Below are positions 30,556 through 41,244 of a DNA stretch of 64,000 bases, in pieces. This DNA is from an uncultured Nitrososphaerota archaeon. GTDB taxonomy: Archaea; Thermoproteota; Nitrososphaeria; Nitrososphaerales; CADDZS01. The notes under the pieces were generated by a model. That model saw only the letters and a list, made by a program, of their open reading frames with translations. It ran no database searches and was not told where the DNA came from. The stretch lies in assembly GCA_963799845.1 (NCBI GenBank), contig CAWCYI010000006.1:384001-448000 (forward strand). Reading direction: 5' to 3'. The position numbers and the translations under genes are program-made. Each line of letters opens with the position of its first letter. Position 1 is the stretch's first letter.

Positions 30556-31755
30556 CTACGCACTCCCGAAAATCATCGTCATGCTGTCAACGAGGCTGTT
30601 TCCGTATGCAATCGCTCCGATCCCGGTCGCGACCCCGATCCTCGCGTCTTTTACCTGCCTCTCTCCACCCTCTCCCCGGAGCTGTCTTACGCTTTCAACT
30701 ATGTGAACCATCCCGCCGGCCATTGCAGGCTGACCTGAAGATAACTGCGCGCCGCCGGTATTCACAGGAAAATTACCGTTGTAAGACAGATCGTGATCAC
30801 GGACGAACTCGCCGCCTTGTCCCTTTTTGCAAAACCCGGCATCTTCGATCTGCATCAGAACCGCGATCGTATAGTCGTCGTAAGGCTGGAAGAAACTTAC
30901 ATCGGATCTTTTCACGGCGCTCCTCTCGAAGGCTTTCTTGGCAGAGTCGGCGATCCCCAGATAGGTGATGTCGGGCCTTTGAACCGAGCCGTGAAAATAA
31001 TTGTCAGACTCTGCGATTCCCAGAACCCTAATTGCTCCGTCTTTCTCAATTGCCTTTGCCTTTTCGTTTGATGCTACTACGAATCCCAGACCGCCGTTTA
31101 CTTGAATACACGCGTCAAACATGCGGATCGGGTCTGCAATCATCCTCGAACCGAGGTATTGATCGAGCGTTAGGGGAGTCTTGAGGTAAGCGTTCGGATT
31201 CTTGATCGCGTGATTGCGCTGGGTGACGGCAATTTTTCCCAGTTCCTCGGACTTTGTGCCGTACTGGTGCATGTGCCTCCTGAGGATGAAGGCAAACTGA
31301 CTGTTGGGGCCCATCATGCCGAATGGTTTTTGAAAATCGGTTTCGTACCTCCAAGTCCTAACAGCGCCGGGCGTATTGATGTTCATTGGAGTGTCTGCTC
31401 CCAGACACAGGACCATGTCAACGACACCTGAAGTCACAGCCGCCCCTGCCTGATACAGCAAGGAAGCTCCACCCATTCCGCCACCGTCTGCCCTAAGAGT
31501 TAGAGCGGGAGAAAAACCTAGATCTTGCACCACCTCTGGAGAATAAATTTCCGCATGAGGAAAAGCAGCACCGGTGATTCCTATCCCCTGACCGTCAAAG
31601 TCCTTTTTCTCCAATCCCGCGTCCTTGATTGTCAGTTCCGCCGCCCACGCGAAATATTCCTGAATCGAGACCTTGGCTTCTCCCTTGTCAACTCTCGCCC
31701 TGCTGACCGGAGTCTCGCCGTAGCCGATAATCGAAAATCCATCTCTGATCGACAT
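30556..31755 (-). CDS. SCP2/Ltp2-type thiolase-family protein
   Basis: RNHAIKNPNA, YDDYT, NTGGAQLSSG and RQLRG..RQV motifs. Confidence 0.9.
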   Translation of the reverse strand: MSIRDGFSIIGYGETPVSRARVDKGEAKVSIQEYFAWAAELTIKDAGLEKKDFDGQGIGITGAAFPHAEIYSPEVVQDLGFSPALTLRADGGGMGGASLLYQAGAAVTSGVVDMVLCLGADTPMNINTPGAVRTWRYETDFQKPFGMMGPNSQFAFILRRHMHQYGTKSEELGKIAVTQRNHAIKNPNAYLKTPLTLDQYLGSRMIADPIRMFDACIQVNGGLGFVVASNEKAKAIEKDGAIRVLGIAESDNYFHGSVQRPDITYLGIADSAKKAFERSAVKRSDVSFFQPYDDYTIAVLMQIEDAGFCKKGQGGEFVRDHDLSYNGNFPVNTGGAQLSSGQPAMAGGMVHIVESVRQLRGEGGERQVKDARIGVATGIGAIAYGNSLVDSMTMIFGSA

Positions 31756-31871
31756 TTCTGGAAAACGCCCTCGAATTCATGATCTTGAAATTTAAACCTT
31801 GGTTTGAAGAATCATCGATTGTCGATAGGAACTTTGAATAAACCAAATAGGTGATTTTCTTTTCTGTAGAA

Positions 31872-34289
31872 ATGACTGCGACCCTCCAAGAAGTAAAGTT
31901 GCGAGCGGAGAGAAGAAATCCCGGCATCGGCTCACGGATCAAAACGAAGGAAGATTTTCGCCACATTAGGGGCGCAGGGAGTTTTGTCGACGACGTCCGT
32001 CTTCCCGATATGGCATTCGCATCAATTCTCAGGAGTCCATATCCCCATGCTAAGATCAAGAGGATCGACTACAGCGAAGCAAGCAAACTTCCTGGAGTCC
32101 TGGGTATCCTGACCTCAGAGGACGTGGTCAAGATGTCTGACCCTCTGCCACAGATGACGGTCCCGCCCGCCTCGAATCTCAAGGATTATCCGATTGCAGT
32201 TAACAAAGTGCGGTACGTTGGAGAACCGGTCGCGGTCGTCGTTGCCACGTCCAGGTATATCGCTGAAGACGCAGTAGAGTTGATCGAAGTTGAGTACGAA
32301 ATCCTGGAGCCCGTACTTGACGCACAGAAAGCGTTCTCTTCCACGGAAAACCTGATCCATCCGGAAGTCGGATCAAACATAATGGCACACATCCCGTACG
32401 ACTACGGAAATGTCGACAAAGCGATGAAAGAAGCTGACCAAATAATTAGGGCGAAGATTCACTTTCACCGGTTCAGCTCGACGCCGCTCGAACCGAACGC
32501 TGCTCTTGCCGATTTTAACGCAAAGGACGGATCATTGACAGTCTGGTGCAATAACCAGGAACCTTCCTTCATGCTCCCGCAGTTTAACAGCGCGCTTCGC
32601 CTCCCGTACGACAAGATGCGCTTCATCACGATGGATATCGGCGGAGGTTTCGGTTGCAAGATAGTGAATTACTCGTACGTTATTCTCACCGCACTCGCCT
32701 CGATGAAGGTCAAGCGGCCCGTCAACTGGCTAGAGTCGAGGTCGGAGCATCTTCTCGCCGGAAGTCACGGTGCTGAGAGGATATTCGACGTTGAGGTACC
32801 GATCAAGAGCGATGGCAAAGTGCTCGGCTTGAAGATATTCAGCATCGACGATGACGGAGCTTTTGCAAGGCACGAGCCCGCCGGTTTGACTGTCTGGGCG
32901 CAGGTTGTTCCCGGCGCTTACAAGATCAAGAACGTCCGAAACGACATGTACGCCGTCTTTACCAACAAATGTCCCGCGGGGCCGAACAGGGGATTTGCGC
33001 GGGCTCCGCACCTTTTCATGATAGAACGAGTGATGGATCTCGTGGCGAAGGAGCTTTCACTCGATCCCACCGAGGTGAGGATGCGCAATTTCATAACGAG
33101 AGATGATCAGCCTTATACGACCCCGAACGGTTGCGTTTACGACGATGGAGATTATCCTCGCAGTCTCCGGATGGTCTTGGATTCGCTCGATTACGAGGGG
33201 TGGAGGAAAAAGCAGACCGAGCTGAGGAAAGAGGGCAAGTTTCTGGGGATCGGGATCGCGACCACGCTCGATTCCGGCGCGCCAAATTTCGGCCAGGTGA
33301 AGATGCTGAACCCGCGCCTGCCGTTGATCGGAAACACTGAAGCCTGTATGCTGCAATTAACTCCTGATGGACGTTTTGTCGTGAAACTCGGAACTGTCCC
33401 GCAGGGACAGAGCCATGAGACTGTGTCGAGCCAAATTGTCTCCGAGGTCTTCGATGTGCCAGTTGAACTCGTTAATGTCGCAACCGGATTTGATTCGGCT
33501 TCGCATCCTTACACCATGCACTCCGGTACCTATGGCAGCAGGTACGCTGCAATGGGAGGGGGAGCAGTGTACGGAGCCGCTTCGAAATTACGGGACAAAG
33601 TACTGAAGATCGGAGCTCATCTGTTGAACACTAGCGTTGACGGCGTCGAGCTCGTCAACGGGAATGTGCAGTCCAGGGAAGATCCGTCGAAGAACATATC
33701 GATCAAACGGCTTGCCCGCACGGCTTACGGAATGCCCGCGATGCTTCCCCCGGGAATCGAGGGTGGCCTTTGGACGATCAACGTTTACTACAACGGCCTA
33801 GTAGCTCCCGACGAGAAGAAAATCGCGAACCTTGCCCTAACGTATTCCTACCAAACGCACGGAGTGGTTGGAGAGCTTGACCGGGAGACCGGCAAGTTCA
33901 AGATTTTGAAGTACGTCATCGTCGATGATGCCGGCCGTGTGATCAATCCTCTCGTAGTTGACGGACAGGTTCACGGTGCTACTTTGCACGGAATAGCGGC
34001 CGCGCTTTTCGAGGAGTACAAATACAATGATGAAGGGCAGCTCGAATCCTCCACGTTCATAGACTACCTGGCCCCCGCCGCCGTTGATGTTCCCGGTATG
34101 GAAGTTCACCATTATGAGATTCCCTCGCCGTTCGCTCCCCTAGGCGCGAAGGGAATGGGGGAGGGCGGCGGGACTGCCCACGTCGCCGTGATTAATGCGA
34201 TAAACGATGCGATCTCTTATTTCGGCGCAAACCTCGAAAAATCGATCGCCCCGCCTGAGGCTGTATACAATATCATCAAGGGAAAGTGA
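31872..34289 (+). CDS. Xanthine dehydrogenase-family molybdopterin-binding large subunit
   Basis: LRSPYPHA, IGGGFG.K, PNRGFAR, SGTYGSR, GQVHG and KGMGE motifs. Confidence 0.92.
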   Translation: MTATLQEVKLRAERRNPGIGSRIKTKEDFRHIRGAGSFVDDVRLPDMAFASILRSPYPHAKIKRIDYSEASKLPGVLGILTSEDVVKMSDPLPQMTVPPASNLKDYPIAVNKVRYVGEPVAVVVATSRYIAEDAVELIEVEYEILEPVLDAQKAFSSTENLIHPEVGSNIMAHIPYDYGNVDKAMKEADQIIRAKIHFHRFSSTPLEPNAALADFNAKDGSLTVWCNNQEPSFMLPQFNSALRLPYDKMRFITMDIGGGFGCKIVNYSYVILTALASMKVKRPVNWLESRSEHLLAGSHGAERIFDVEVPIKSDGKVLGLKIFSIDDDGAFARHEPAGLTVWAQVVPGAYKIKNVRNDMYAVFTNKCPAGPNRGFARAPHLFMIERVMDLVAKELSLDPTEVRMRNFITRDDQPYTTPNGCVYDDGDYPRSLRMVLDSLDYEGWRKKQTELRKEGKFLGIGIATTLDSGAPNFGQVKMLNPRLPLIGNTEACMLQLTPDGRFVVKLGTVPQGQSHETVSSQIVSEVFDVPVELVNVATGFDSASHPYTMHSGTYGSRYAAMGGGAVYGAASKLRDKVLKIGAHLLNTSVDGVELVNGNVQSREDPSKNISIKRLARTAYGMPAMLPPGIEGGLWTINVYYNGLVAPDEKKIANLALTYSYQTHGVVGELDRETGKFKILKYVIVDDAGRVINPLVVDGQVHGATLHGIAAALFEEYKYNDEGQLESSTFIDYLAPAAVDVPGMEVHHYEIPSPFAPLGAKGMGEGGGTAHVAVINAINDAISYFGANLEKSIAPPEAVYNIIKGK

Positions 34290-34315
34290 ATAATGCCCCT
34301 AACTCGGGGTATTGA

Positions 34316-35110
34316 TTACTCTCCGGTAAACTTTGGTTCCCTCTTTTCCTTGAAGAAGGCGGTAATTCCTTCTTTGAGATCTTTGGAGTGAAACAGCTCG
34401 ATTGATTCTCTCAGCTGGTATTCCATCCCGTCGTCGAGATCCATCTCCGAACCAAAATTCACGCAGGCTTTAGCAGCTCCGATCGCGAGAGGAGCCCTTT
34501 TTGCAATCTTTGCGGCCATGACCAGGCACTCATCCATCAGTTTGTCCGGCGGAACGACTTTGTTGACGATGCCAATCCTGTGGCCCTCGGCGGCTGAGAT
34601 TCGGTCTCCAGTGAACAGGAGCTCCTTAGCGATGAATTTGCCCACGACTCTTGGCAGCCTTATCGTGATTCCTGCGCCAGGGGAAACACCGATCCCGGTC
34701 TCCGGCAGGGCAAAACTAGCATCCTCGGCCGCGACAACAATGTCGCATGCCTGAATTAATTCGATGTTCGCGAAGCCATTCACCGCCGCAATTATCGGTT
34801 TTCTCAATTTTTCCATGTCTCTCCAGAGTTCAAGGTTTTCTCTCTGGAATCGCTCCGTCTGCTCGATCGTGTTCGTCAAGAATTCGGAAGTATCGCCGCC
34901 CGCGCAGTAGGCTTTTCCCTTTGCAGCCATTATGACGACGCGGACCTCCCTGTCCAGCGAAATTTGCTTGTAAGCGCGACGGAATTCCTGGACCATGTTA
35001 TATGTCACAGCGTTTCGCTTATCGGGTCTGTTGTAATACAGAATGGCTGTCGAATCTTTGCGCTCGAAAATTATTTCCTTGAAGTCCGTAGATTCAGAAG
35101 TGGTTTGCAT
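34316..35110 (-). CDS. Enoyl-CoA hydratase/isomerase
   Basis: NRPDKRNA, YCAGGD, KPIIAAVNG and LPE.GIG motifs. Confidence 0.92.
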   Translation of the reverse strand: MQTTSESTDFKEIIFERKDSTAILYYNRPDKRNAVTYNMVQEFRRAYKQISLDREVRVVIMAAKGKAYCAGGDTSEFLTNTIEQTERFQRENLELWRDMEKLRKPIIAAVNGFANIELIQACDIVVAAEDASFALPETGIGVSPGAGITIRLPRVVGKFIAKELLFTGDRISAAEGHRIGIVNKVVPPDKLMDECLVMAAKIAKRAPLAIGAAKACVNFGSEMDLDDGMEYQLRESIELFHSKDLKEGITAFFKEKREPKFTGE

Positions 35111-35194
35111 TTTTCAATTCAGTACCTGGATTGTTTTCTTGAGGGTTCTCCGGGGAATATAAACGGATAGAGATCTTGTTTCTAGAACAAGAAA

Positions 35195-35917
35195 TCAGAC
35201 TGCTATCAGCTCTCTTCGGATTTGCTTCAATACTCTAGCAAACATCTGGCTCGTCAGCTTGCCGGTATTGGTATTCCTGGGACTCGGATGGTACGATGCG
35301 AAGACGACCGGAAAGTTCTCTGCAAATTTGAATTTCTGTCCATGTTGAAAGTGGAAAGTTCCTGTAGAGCCGTAGTACTTTCGGGAGAAATCTAGTACTG
35401 AATCGAAGGCAACTTTTCCCAGAGCGAGAGTAGCTTTGGAGTTCTTGAGCATCAGCAGCTCGCGATCAAAATACGAGGCGCAAGTTCGGATCTCTTCTCT
35501 GGTGGGTCTATTGTCTGGCGGCACGCACCTCACAGCTGCCGTGACATAACAATCCGTGTAAACAAGTCCGTCATCCCTCGTCTGGGAAGTGGGCTGGTTC
35601 GCAAATCCTGCCTCGTAGAGATGTTTCACCAGGAACTTCGCGCTGCTGTCGCCGGTAAACACCCTTCCAGTCCTATTCCCACCGTGAGCCGCTGGCGCTA
35701 GACCCACGACGATCAATCTTGCCTTGGGGTCTCCGTAACCAGGGATCGGTTTACCCCAGTAATCGAAATCTGCGAACTGCCTTCTTTTTTCGTTCGATAT
35801 TTTCTCCCTGAATTCGACCAGCCTCGGGCACTTTCTGCACGCAATAATTTCCTGAGAAAGCCGCTGCAAGCCATTTGTCTCTGGCGAGAGTAGATTGTCC
35901 ATGAGACGGTATTCCAA
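35195..35917 (-). CDS. udgB: Uracil-DNA glycosylase family 5 (Fe-S, UdgB type)
   Basis: CRKCPRL, GLAPAAHGGNRTGRVFTGD and YHPSPRN motifs. Confidence 0.9.
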   Translation of the reverse strand: MEYRLMDNLLSPETNGLQRLSQEIIACRKCPRLVEFREKISNEKRRQFADFDYWGKPIPGYGDPKARLIVVGLAPAAHGGNRTGRVFTGDSSAKFLVKHLYEAGFANQPTSQTRDDGLVYTDCYVTAAVRCVPPDNRPTREEIRTCASYFDRELLMLKNSKATLALGKVAFDSVLDFSRKYYGSTGTFHFQHGQKFKFAENFPVVFASYHPSPRNTNTGKLTSQMFARVLKQIRRELIAV

Positions 35918-35945
35918 ATGTTTGATGCCAGAAATTAGGTCAAAG

Positions 35946-37097
35946 CTAGTAGGACTTTGTCAGACCTAGAGATCTTTCAGCAATCGATGACAGGAGCAGC
36001 TCCTCCGAGATCGGATGGATCTTGTGGACGCGGACGTCTCTCCAATATCTTTCGACGTCATAATCCTTGTAGTAGCCGTGCCCGCCGAAAGTCTGCAGAG
36101 CTCTCTCGGTTGCGTAACTAGCCGCGTTTATCGATTCATACAACGCGAAATTAGCAGCCTGCATAAAATTCTGCCCCTGCCCAATCATCGTGGCGGCCTT
36201 GAGCATCATTGTCTCTGCAGCGATTAGCTGCGCGGCGGCATCTGCTAGAGGGAACTGGATTCCCTGGTTAGATCCAATTGGTTTCCCGAATACAACCCTC
36301 TTCTTCGCATATTCCGATGCGGTGTTGACAGCAAGCTTTCCCGTTCCTATTAGCGATGCGGAGGTTGCTACACGGTCCATGTTGAAACTCTCGACCGCAT
36401 TGTACCACGCGTTGTCGAGCTCTCCAACCAGCGCGTCATTCTTCACATTCAAGTCGCGAATTTCTAGGTCAAAATTGTTGATGAAATCCATTCCCAACTT
36501 GTCGAGTTTTTTCGATCTGACGCCGATACTTTGCGCGGGCACCAAGAACATTGACACCCCGCTTGACTTTTTGCCTGATTCTACGACGGACTTTGTTCGC
36601 GCGAATACTATTAGGTAATCTACGTTGTCCACATTGTTGACGAATCTCTTTGACCCGCTTATTCGGTACCCGTTGGAGGTCTTCTCCGCCCTAGTTTCCA
36701 GAGAAGTCGCATCGAAGCCTGATTTTTCTTCGGTGAGGGCCAGCGATACTTTGATCTCTCCTTTCGAGAGCATCGGAAGGATATCCTTTTTCTGGTCCTC
36801 TGCGGATTTGGAAAATATCGTCGAGACGAGACAACCGCTAAGGAACAAGTAAGAAGCAATTCCCGAATACCTTTCTGCAGTTTCAGCGGTACCAATAGCA
36901 AGATCGACGAGTGTCTTCTCCATGCCGCCGTACTGTTTAGAAATGACCAGTCCGAACAACTCGGCTTTTGCAACACCATTCCAGTACTCATGAGGAAACT
37001 CCTGTTTTCTGTAGACCTCTCTCCAGTATTTCTCGTCGAATCTCGAGGAAACCGCCCTAACTTTTTCGACGATTGATCTGTCGTAAGTAAAGTCCAT
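35946..37097 (-). CDS. Acyl-CoA dehydrogenase
   Basis: ALTEEKSGFD, RVVFGKPIGSNQ and FGGHGY motifs; ATG at 37097. Confidence 0.92.
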   Translation of the reverse strand: MDFTYDRSIVEKVRAVSSRFDEKYWREVYRKQEFPHEYWNGVAKAELFGLVISKQYGGMEKTLVDLAIGTAETAERYSGIASYLFLSGCLVSTIFSKSAEDQKKDILPMLSKGEIKVSLALTEEKSGFDATSLETRAEKTSNGYRISGSKRFVNNVDNVDYLIVFARTKSVVESGKKSSGVSMFLVPAQSIGVRSKKLDKLGMDFINNFDLEIRDLNVKNDALVGELDNAWYNAVESFNMDRVATSASLIGTGKLAVNTASEYAKKRVVFGKPIGSNQGIQFPLADAAAQLIAAETMMLKAATMIGQGQNFMQAANFALYESINAASYATERALQTFGGHGYYKDYDVERYWRDVRVHKIHPISEELLLSSIAERSLGLTKSY

Positions 37098-37099
37098 TT

Positions 37100-38278
37100 T
37101 CAATAGCTCCTCGGCAGTTGAAGCACCCTCTGTCCCAGGAAATTCAGGACCATCTCTTCGGGAACGGGGCCGGTTCGAAAGAGCCTCGAATCCCGCCAGT
37201 GCCTTTCGATATCGGTGGATTTTGCATAACCCAGCCCGCCAAAGGTCTGAATCGCTCTGTCTGCCGCAAAGAATGCGGCTCTGGCTCCCATGTAGGCGGC
37301 AACGTTGGCGGAGACTGCACAATCCTCGCCGTGATCAAACTCCCAAGCGGCTTTCTGGGCGACCGCCCAGGCCCCTTCCAGATCAGCCTTAGATCTGGCC
37401 AGCGGGAACTGGATTGCCTGGTTTTGTCCGATCGGGCGACCGAAGACCTGCCTTTGTTTCGCGTATTCCGTGGCTTTTCGAAGGACCAGCTGTCCCAGGC
37501 CTAGACTCATTGAAGCGGTGGAGATCCTCTCGGCGTTTAGAAGCGTCGGCAGTACTTCCCAGCCCTTGTCGAGCTGACCGAGAATGTTTTCCTCCGACAC
37601 GAACACATCTTCGAGATATACCTGATTTGATCCCAAGGCGCGCATTGAGATGTCGTCAATTCTGTCGGAACGGATCTCACCTCGCTTCAGCTTGGTTTTC
37701 TCTACCAGGAAAAGGGTGAGGCCGTCCGTTCTTTTCTTTGCATTCTCTTTTGAAGTCGTCCTCGCAACCACGTTCATCAAACTCGCCTTGTGGGCGAGAG
37801 TTATCCACATTTTTTGCCCGTTTATCACGTAGCCATCTCCCTCCTTCTTGGCTGTCGTCTGGATGTCGAGAGTATTGACTCCCGCCGTCGGTTCTGTCAG
37901 CGCGAAAGACATGATATGTTTGCCATCGCCTAACTCGGGAAGTAGTCTCTCTTTCAAGGGCCCCCTTGCAAAAGTTTTGATTGTCTGTATCGCAAAAATA
38001 CAGATCGCCATTATGATATCTCCAGCCGACATGCCGCAGCAGTTGGACATTTCGTGGATAGCAATCGAAGTCTCGGAGAGTCCGAGTCCTGTGCCGCCGA
38101 GTTCTTCCGGCACGTTGAGTTTGAACCATCCGTTCGAGGCCAGCGCATCAAAATATTCTTGAGGAAATTCTCCGCTTTCGTCGTACACCCTCCAGTACGA
38201 ATCGGGAAACTTCATCGCGAGCGAAGAGAGAGCCTCCCTTAGAAGTTTCTGATCCTCACTTTCTTCGAAGCTGAGCAA
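37100..38278 (-). CDS. Acyl-CoA dehydrogenase
   Basis: FALTEPTAG, GQKMWIT, RQVFGRPIGQNQ and FGGLGY motifs. Confidence 0.93.
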   Translation of the reverse strand: MLSFEESEDQKLLREALSSLAMKFPDSYWRVYDESGEFPQEYFDALASNGWFKLNVPEELGGTGLGLSETSIAIHEMSNCCGMSAGDIIMAICIFAIQTIKTFARGPLKERLLPELGDGKHIMSFALTEPTAGVNTLDIQTTAKKEGDGYVINGQKMWITLAHKASLMNVVARTTSKENAKKRTDGLTLFLVEKTKLKRGEIRSDRIDDISMRALGSNQVYLEDVFVSEENILGQLDKGWEVLPTLLNAERISTASMSLGLGQLVLRKATEYAKQRQVFGRPIGQNQAIQFPLARSKADLEGAWAVAQKAAWEFDHGEDCAVSANVAAYMGARAAFFAADRAIQTFGGLGYAKSTDIERHWRDSRLFRTGPVPEEMVLNFLGQRVLQLPRSY

Positions 38279-38470
38279 GTAACTGGGAAATGCTCTCTAT
38301 TCTCGGTTAAGAGTGTTATCACGCCGAGAGTGGCAAAAAACGATTCAATTAGACTTGACTTTGCCCGTCCCTCCGCGAGCTTGTATGAAAAGGGTGTTTT
38401 GGAATGAAATCCTTAACAAGATACAATATTCGGGAGTCTACTTTTTAATCAAGTCTATATAATCGGGCAG

Positions 38471-38995
38471 ATGAGCGTCCGCTCATTCCCGTTACCCGAG
38501 GTCGTTCAAATGGTTGCACACAAGTGGACTGAAGGACAACTCAAACAGCAAGTGAAGAACGCGATCTACCGGGTTTTTGACGCGGCAAAGACCCGAGATT
38601 TCGGAACCCTCGCTTCCATGCACTACCCAAAAGACGAGATGTTTTCAAAGTTCGACTACTCGGCTCCTTTCAAGAGGCAGACCTACTCGCAGGCGTTGAT
38701 GCATGAAGAAGTCGCATACTCGAATATCACAGATTTCAATTACAAGATCGAAGATCTGAGGATCGATCTCCCTACACAGGAAGTCGCGATTGCAACCTTT
38801 CATCTAGAAACTGGCGGACTGTTCGTCAACGATTACCGCTTCGAAGGCAGCCCTGCGCGGGCGAGTCTCCGCGCTACAATGGTATTTCTCTGGAAGGACG
38901 ACCAGTGGCTCATAGTCCACGAACATTATTCGAGTTTCCCGGATGAGCCAAAGTCCGCAAAACAAAGTTCGGGGCTGAAGAGTGCAAGAACTTAA
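38471..38995 (+). CDS. NTF2/SnoaL-like domain protein
   Basis: RATMVF....QWLIVHEHYS. Confidence 0.8.
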   Translation: MSVRSFPLPEVVQMVAHKWTEGQLKQQVKNAIYRVFDAAKTRDFGTLASMHYPKDEMFSKFDYSAPFKRQTYSQALMHEEVAYSNITDFNYKIEDLRIDLPTQEVAIATFHLETGGLFVNDYRFEGSPARASLRATMVFLWKDDQWLIVHEHYSSFPDEPKSAKQSSGLKSART

Positions 38996-39034
38996 AGCCA
39001 ATTTTTGGCTTCAAATTTCTGGATGTATTTTCAA

Positions 39035-39706
39035 ATGAGTTCTGATTCTGCTCTGGGAATTATCGCTCCGCCGGTCGAAAAGTATCTGTACGGCTTGTTG
39101 CGTCAGAGGGACAAAGTCCTAACCTTTCTAGAAAAAGACGCCGAGAAAAATGACGTTCCCATCGTGGGACCTCTTGTGGGAAATTTTCTGTCGCTGGTTG
39201 CGATGAGCTGCCAAGCGAAAAATATTCTGGAGGTTGGAACTGCCACCGGATATTCTGGAATTTGGCTTGCGAAAGTTGCAAAGCAGAACAGCGGGAAACT
39301 CACCACTATCGAGGCCGATCCATCGAGAGTAAAGATTGCCTCTAAGAGCTTCCGCGATGCGGGCCTTTCAGATTACATAGAAATAGTCACTGGAGACGTT
39401 AGGGAAGAACTTCCCAAAATTACAAAATCAAAGTCTGGAAAGTTCGATGTCGTGTTCATCGATGTGGGCGACAAGGGACTCTACGTTGATTTGCTCGGCG
39501 ATTGCGTGAAGGCTCTCCGAGTTGGTGGATACCTTTTGGCTGATAATACGCTCTGGAAGGGGCGGGTAGCAGGATCAGCTGACGACAGGGATACAATGAC
39601 GATCAGAGAGTTCAACAAGCGAGTTTATGCGGATGGTAGGCTTTTTCCCTCGATTGTACCGCTCAGGGATGGCGTCACTGTTGCATTGAAAATCAGCGAG
39701 AAGTAG
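39035..39706 (+). CDS. Cation-dependent O-methyltransferase
   Basis: ILEVGTATGYS, FDVVFID, ADNTLW and RDG motifs. Confidence 0.9.
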   Translation: MSSDSALGIIAPPVEKYLYGLLRQRDKVLTFLEKDAEKNDVPIVGPLVGNFLSLVAMSCQAKNILEVGTATGYSGIWLAKVAKQNSGKLTTIEADPSRVKIASKSFRDAGLSDYIEIVTGDVREELPKITKSKSGKFDVVFIDVGDKGLYVDLLGDCVKALRVGGYLLADNTLWKGRVAGSADDRDTMTIREFNKRVYADGRLFPSIVPLRDGVTVALKISEK

Positions 39707-39762
39707 AGACAATTTCTTTAAGCGCTGGAAAGCGGAATATGCCTCTCCTCAATACTGTTGCG

Positions 39763-39855
39763 GGGGTCGTGGTGTAGCTTGGTTAACATGCGAGCCTCGG
39801 GTCAATTCTGAAGCGAGAACGCTCGTGACCGCCGGTTCAAATCCGGCCGACCCCA
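39763..39855 (+). tRNA. tRNA-Pro(CGG) with canonical 18-nt intron (39802-39819)
   Basis: GGGGTCG/CGACCCC acceptor stem, CGAGC-CTCGGG^C-GCTCG anticodon arm, BHB helix CTCG/CGAG, GGTTCAAATCC. Confidence 0.95.
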
Positions 39856-39918
39856 TATTATTTCGGATGCAATCGTTTGAGGGGAGAGAAACTAGTACGA
39901 CATCGGCAGTTTCAGACT

Positions 39919-40548
39919 TTACGAAACGTCAACTCGATCAGTAATTGACTTCATTGAAAAGTCGAACTGATCCTGACTAGATATCATCAGACGGAATCTT
40001 AATTGTAAAGAATTGCAAGCAGACTTTATCCAGCGATCGCGTGTAACGATTATAGATTGCCTCTTTCGTCTGTACGAAGAAATCGCTGCAACCGTCAGAA
40101 GGGAATAATCGCCAAGGTTAGATCTGGCATTTCTAGTCGTTTCTTTCGCAGCCGGAGAAGATGCTGGCCCCAGGATCCTGTCGTATTCGACCCTTACTGC
40201 TTCGGCCATTTCTGGGGTGGGCATATCCTCAAGAGAATGTCTCGATTCCCCGTAAGTATTGTATTTTGTCTTGAAGTATATTCCATCAAATTCAGCTGAA
40301 TGAGGATTCTTTATCTCTTCAAGTACGGCCAAACTTCGATTCAGATTTCGAGCTTCTCCTTCGATGAAATCACAGATGACTCCCAGAATATCGCTGCGAG
40401 TACTGATTCTGGCATTGAACACATATCGTACCAGTCCTTCATTGTCGATTATCGCATTGGTATCAAAGAAGACCAACGGCGTCCCATGACAGTGCCCTAG
40501 ATCTTCGGGAAAGAGTAATGTTTTGAGAATTCGACCATCACATCCCAT
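39919..40548 (-). CDS. Stand-alone PIN-domain protein
   Basis: FFDTNA, E, LGD and IVTRD acidic PIN pattern. Confidence 0.6.
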   Translation of the reverse strand: MGCDGRILKTLLFPEDLGHCHGTPLVFFDTNAIIDNEGLVRYVFNARISTRSDILGVICDFIEGEARNLNRSLAVLEEIKNPHSAEFDGIYFKTKYNTYGESRHSLEDMPTPEMAEAVRVEYDRILGPASSPAAKETTRNARSNLGDYSLLTVAAISSYRRKRQSIIVTRDRWIKSACNSLQLRFRLMISSQDQFDFSMKSITDRVDVS

Positions 40549-40782
40549 CTGCTCTCGTGTCAGCTGCTGGAAAGTTCCTAACGCCTATTCTAAAATACTA
40601 TCAGTATGCATTTTTCGATGATGGTTCTTGAAGATTGAACAGGTCATGAAAGCTAGGTCGACGATAGGGATGATGGTGACACCGTACAAGCTGAAGATCA
40701 CGATCGCATTGCAAATTCTTGGCAACGCTTAAGAGCAACTTCCACTTCGCGTTCCAAACAAGAGGTAAAGTGTTTCCAGAAT

Positions 40783-41236
40783 ATGGTATTTCAGATGCCA
40801 CCACTTACTCAGGGCGAATTGGATGAATTTCTCGTAAAGTCACCTGTCGCAACTCTCTGCACGCAAAATGCTGACGGCACTATACATGCAGCGCCTGTCT
40901 GGTTCAAGTACCGAAGGAGGAGAATTGCTCTTTGGAACGCAGAACGATACTCGCAGAATCAAGAATATCCAGAAAAATCCGAACGTCACTGCAGTCGTCG
41001 ACAATCATCAGGAATTTCCGTACAAGGGCGTCGTAATATACGGTAAAGCACGATTGGATTACAACAACGCAATTCCTACTCGTGTCGCAATGTTTGAAAA
41101 GTACATGCCGAAAGCCAGCGCAGAAAAACTAGCCAACGGGCTCGCGGCGATGCGGAAACTCGTCGTAATCCGCGTAAAACCAAACAAGATAGTTTCCTAC
41201 GATTATGGAAAAGATCCAACAGGGTTGTTCAAGTGA
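40783..41236 (+). CDS. Pyridoxamine-5'-phosphate-oxidase-like split-barrel protein, frameshift at ~40912
   Basis: ATLCT..ADG.IH.APVWF joined to KNIQKNPNV.AVVD...YKGV..YG. Confidence 0.82.
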
Positions 41237-41244
41237 AGAGCTGA

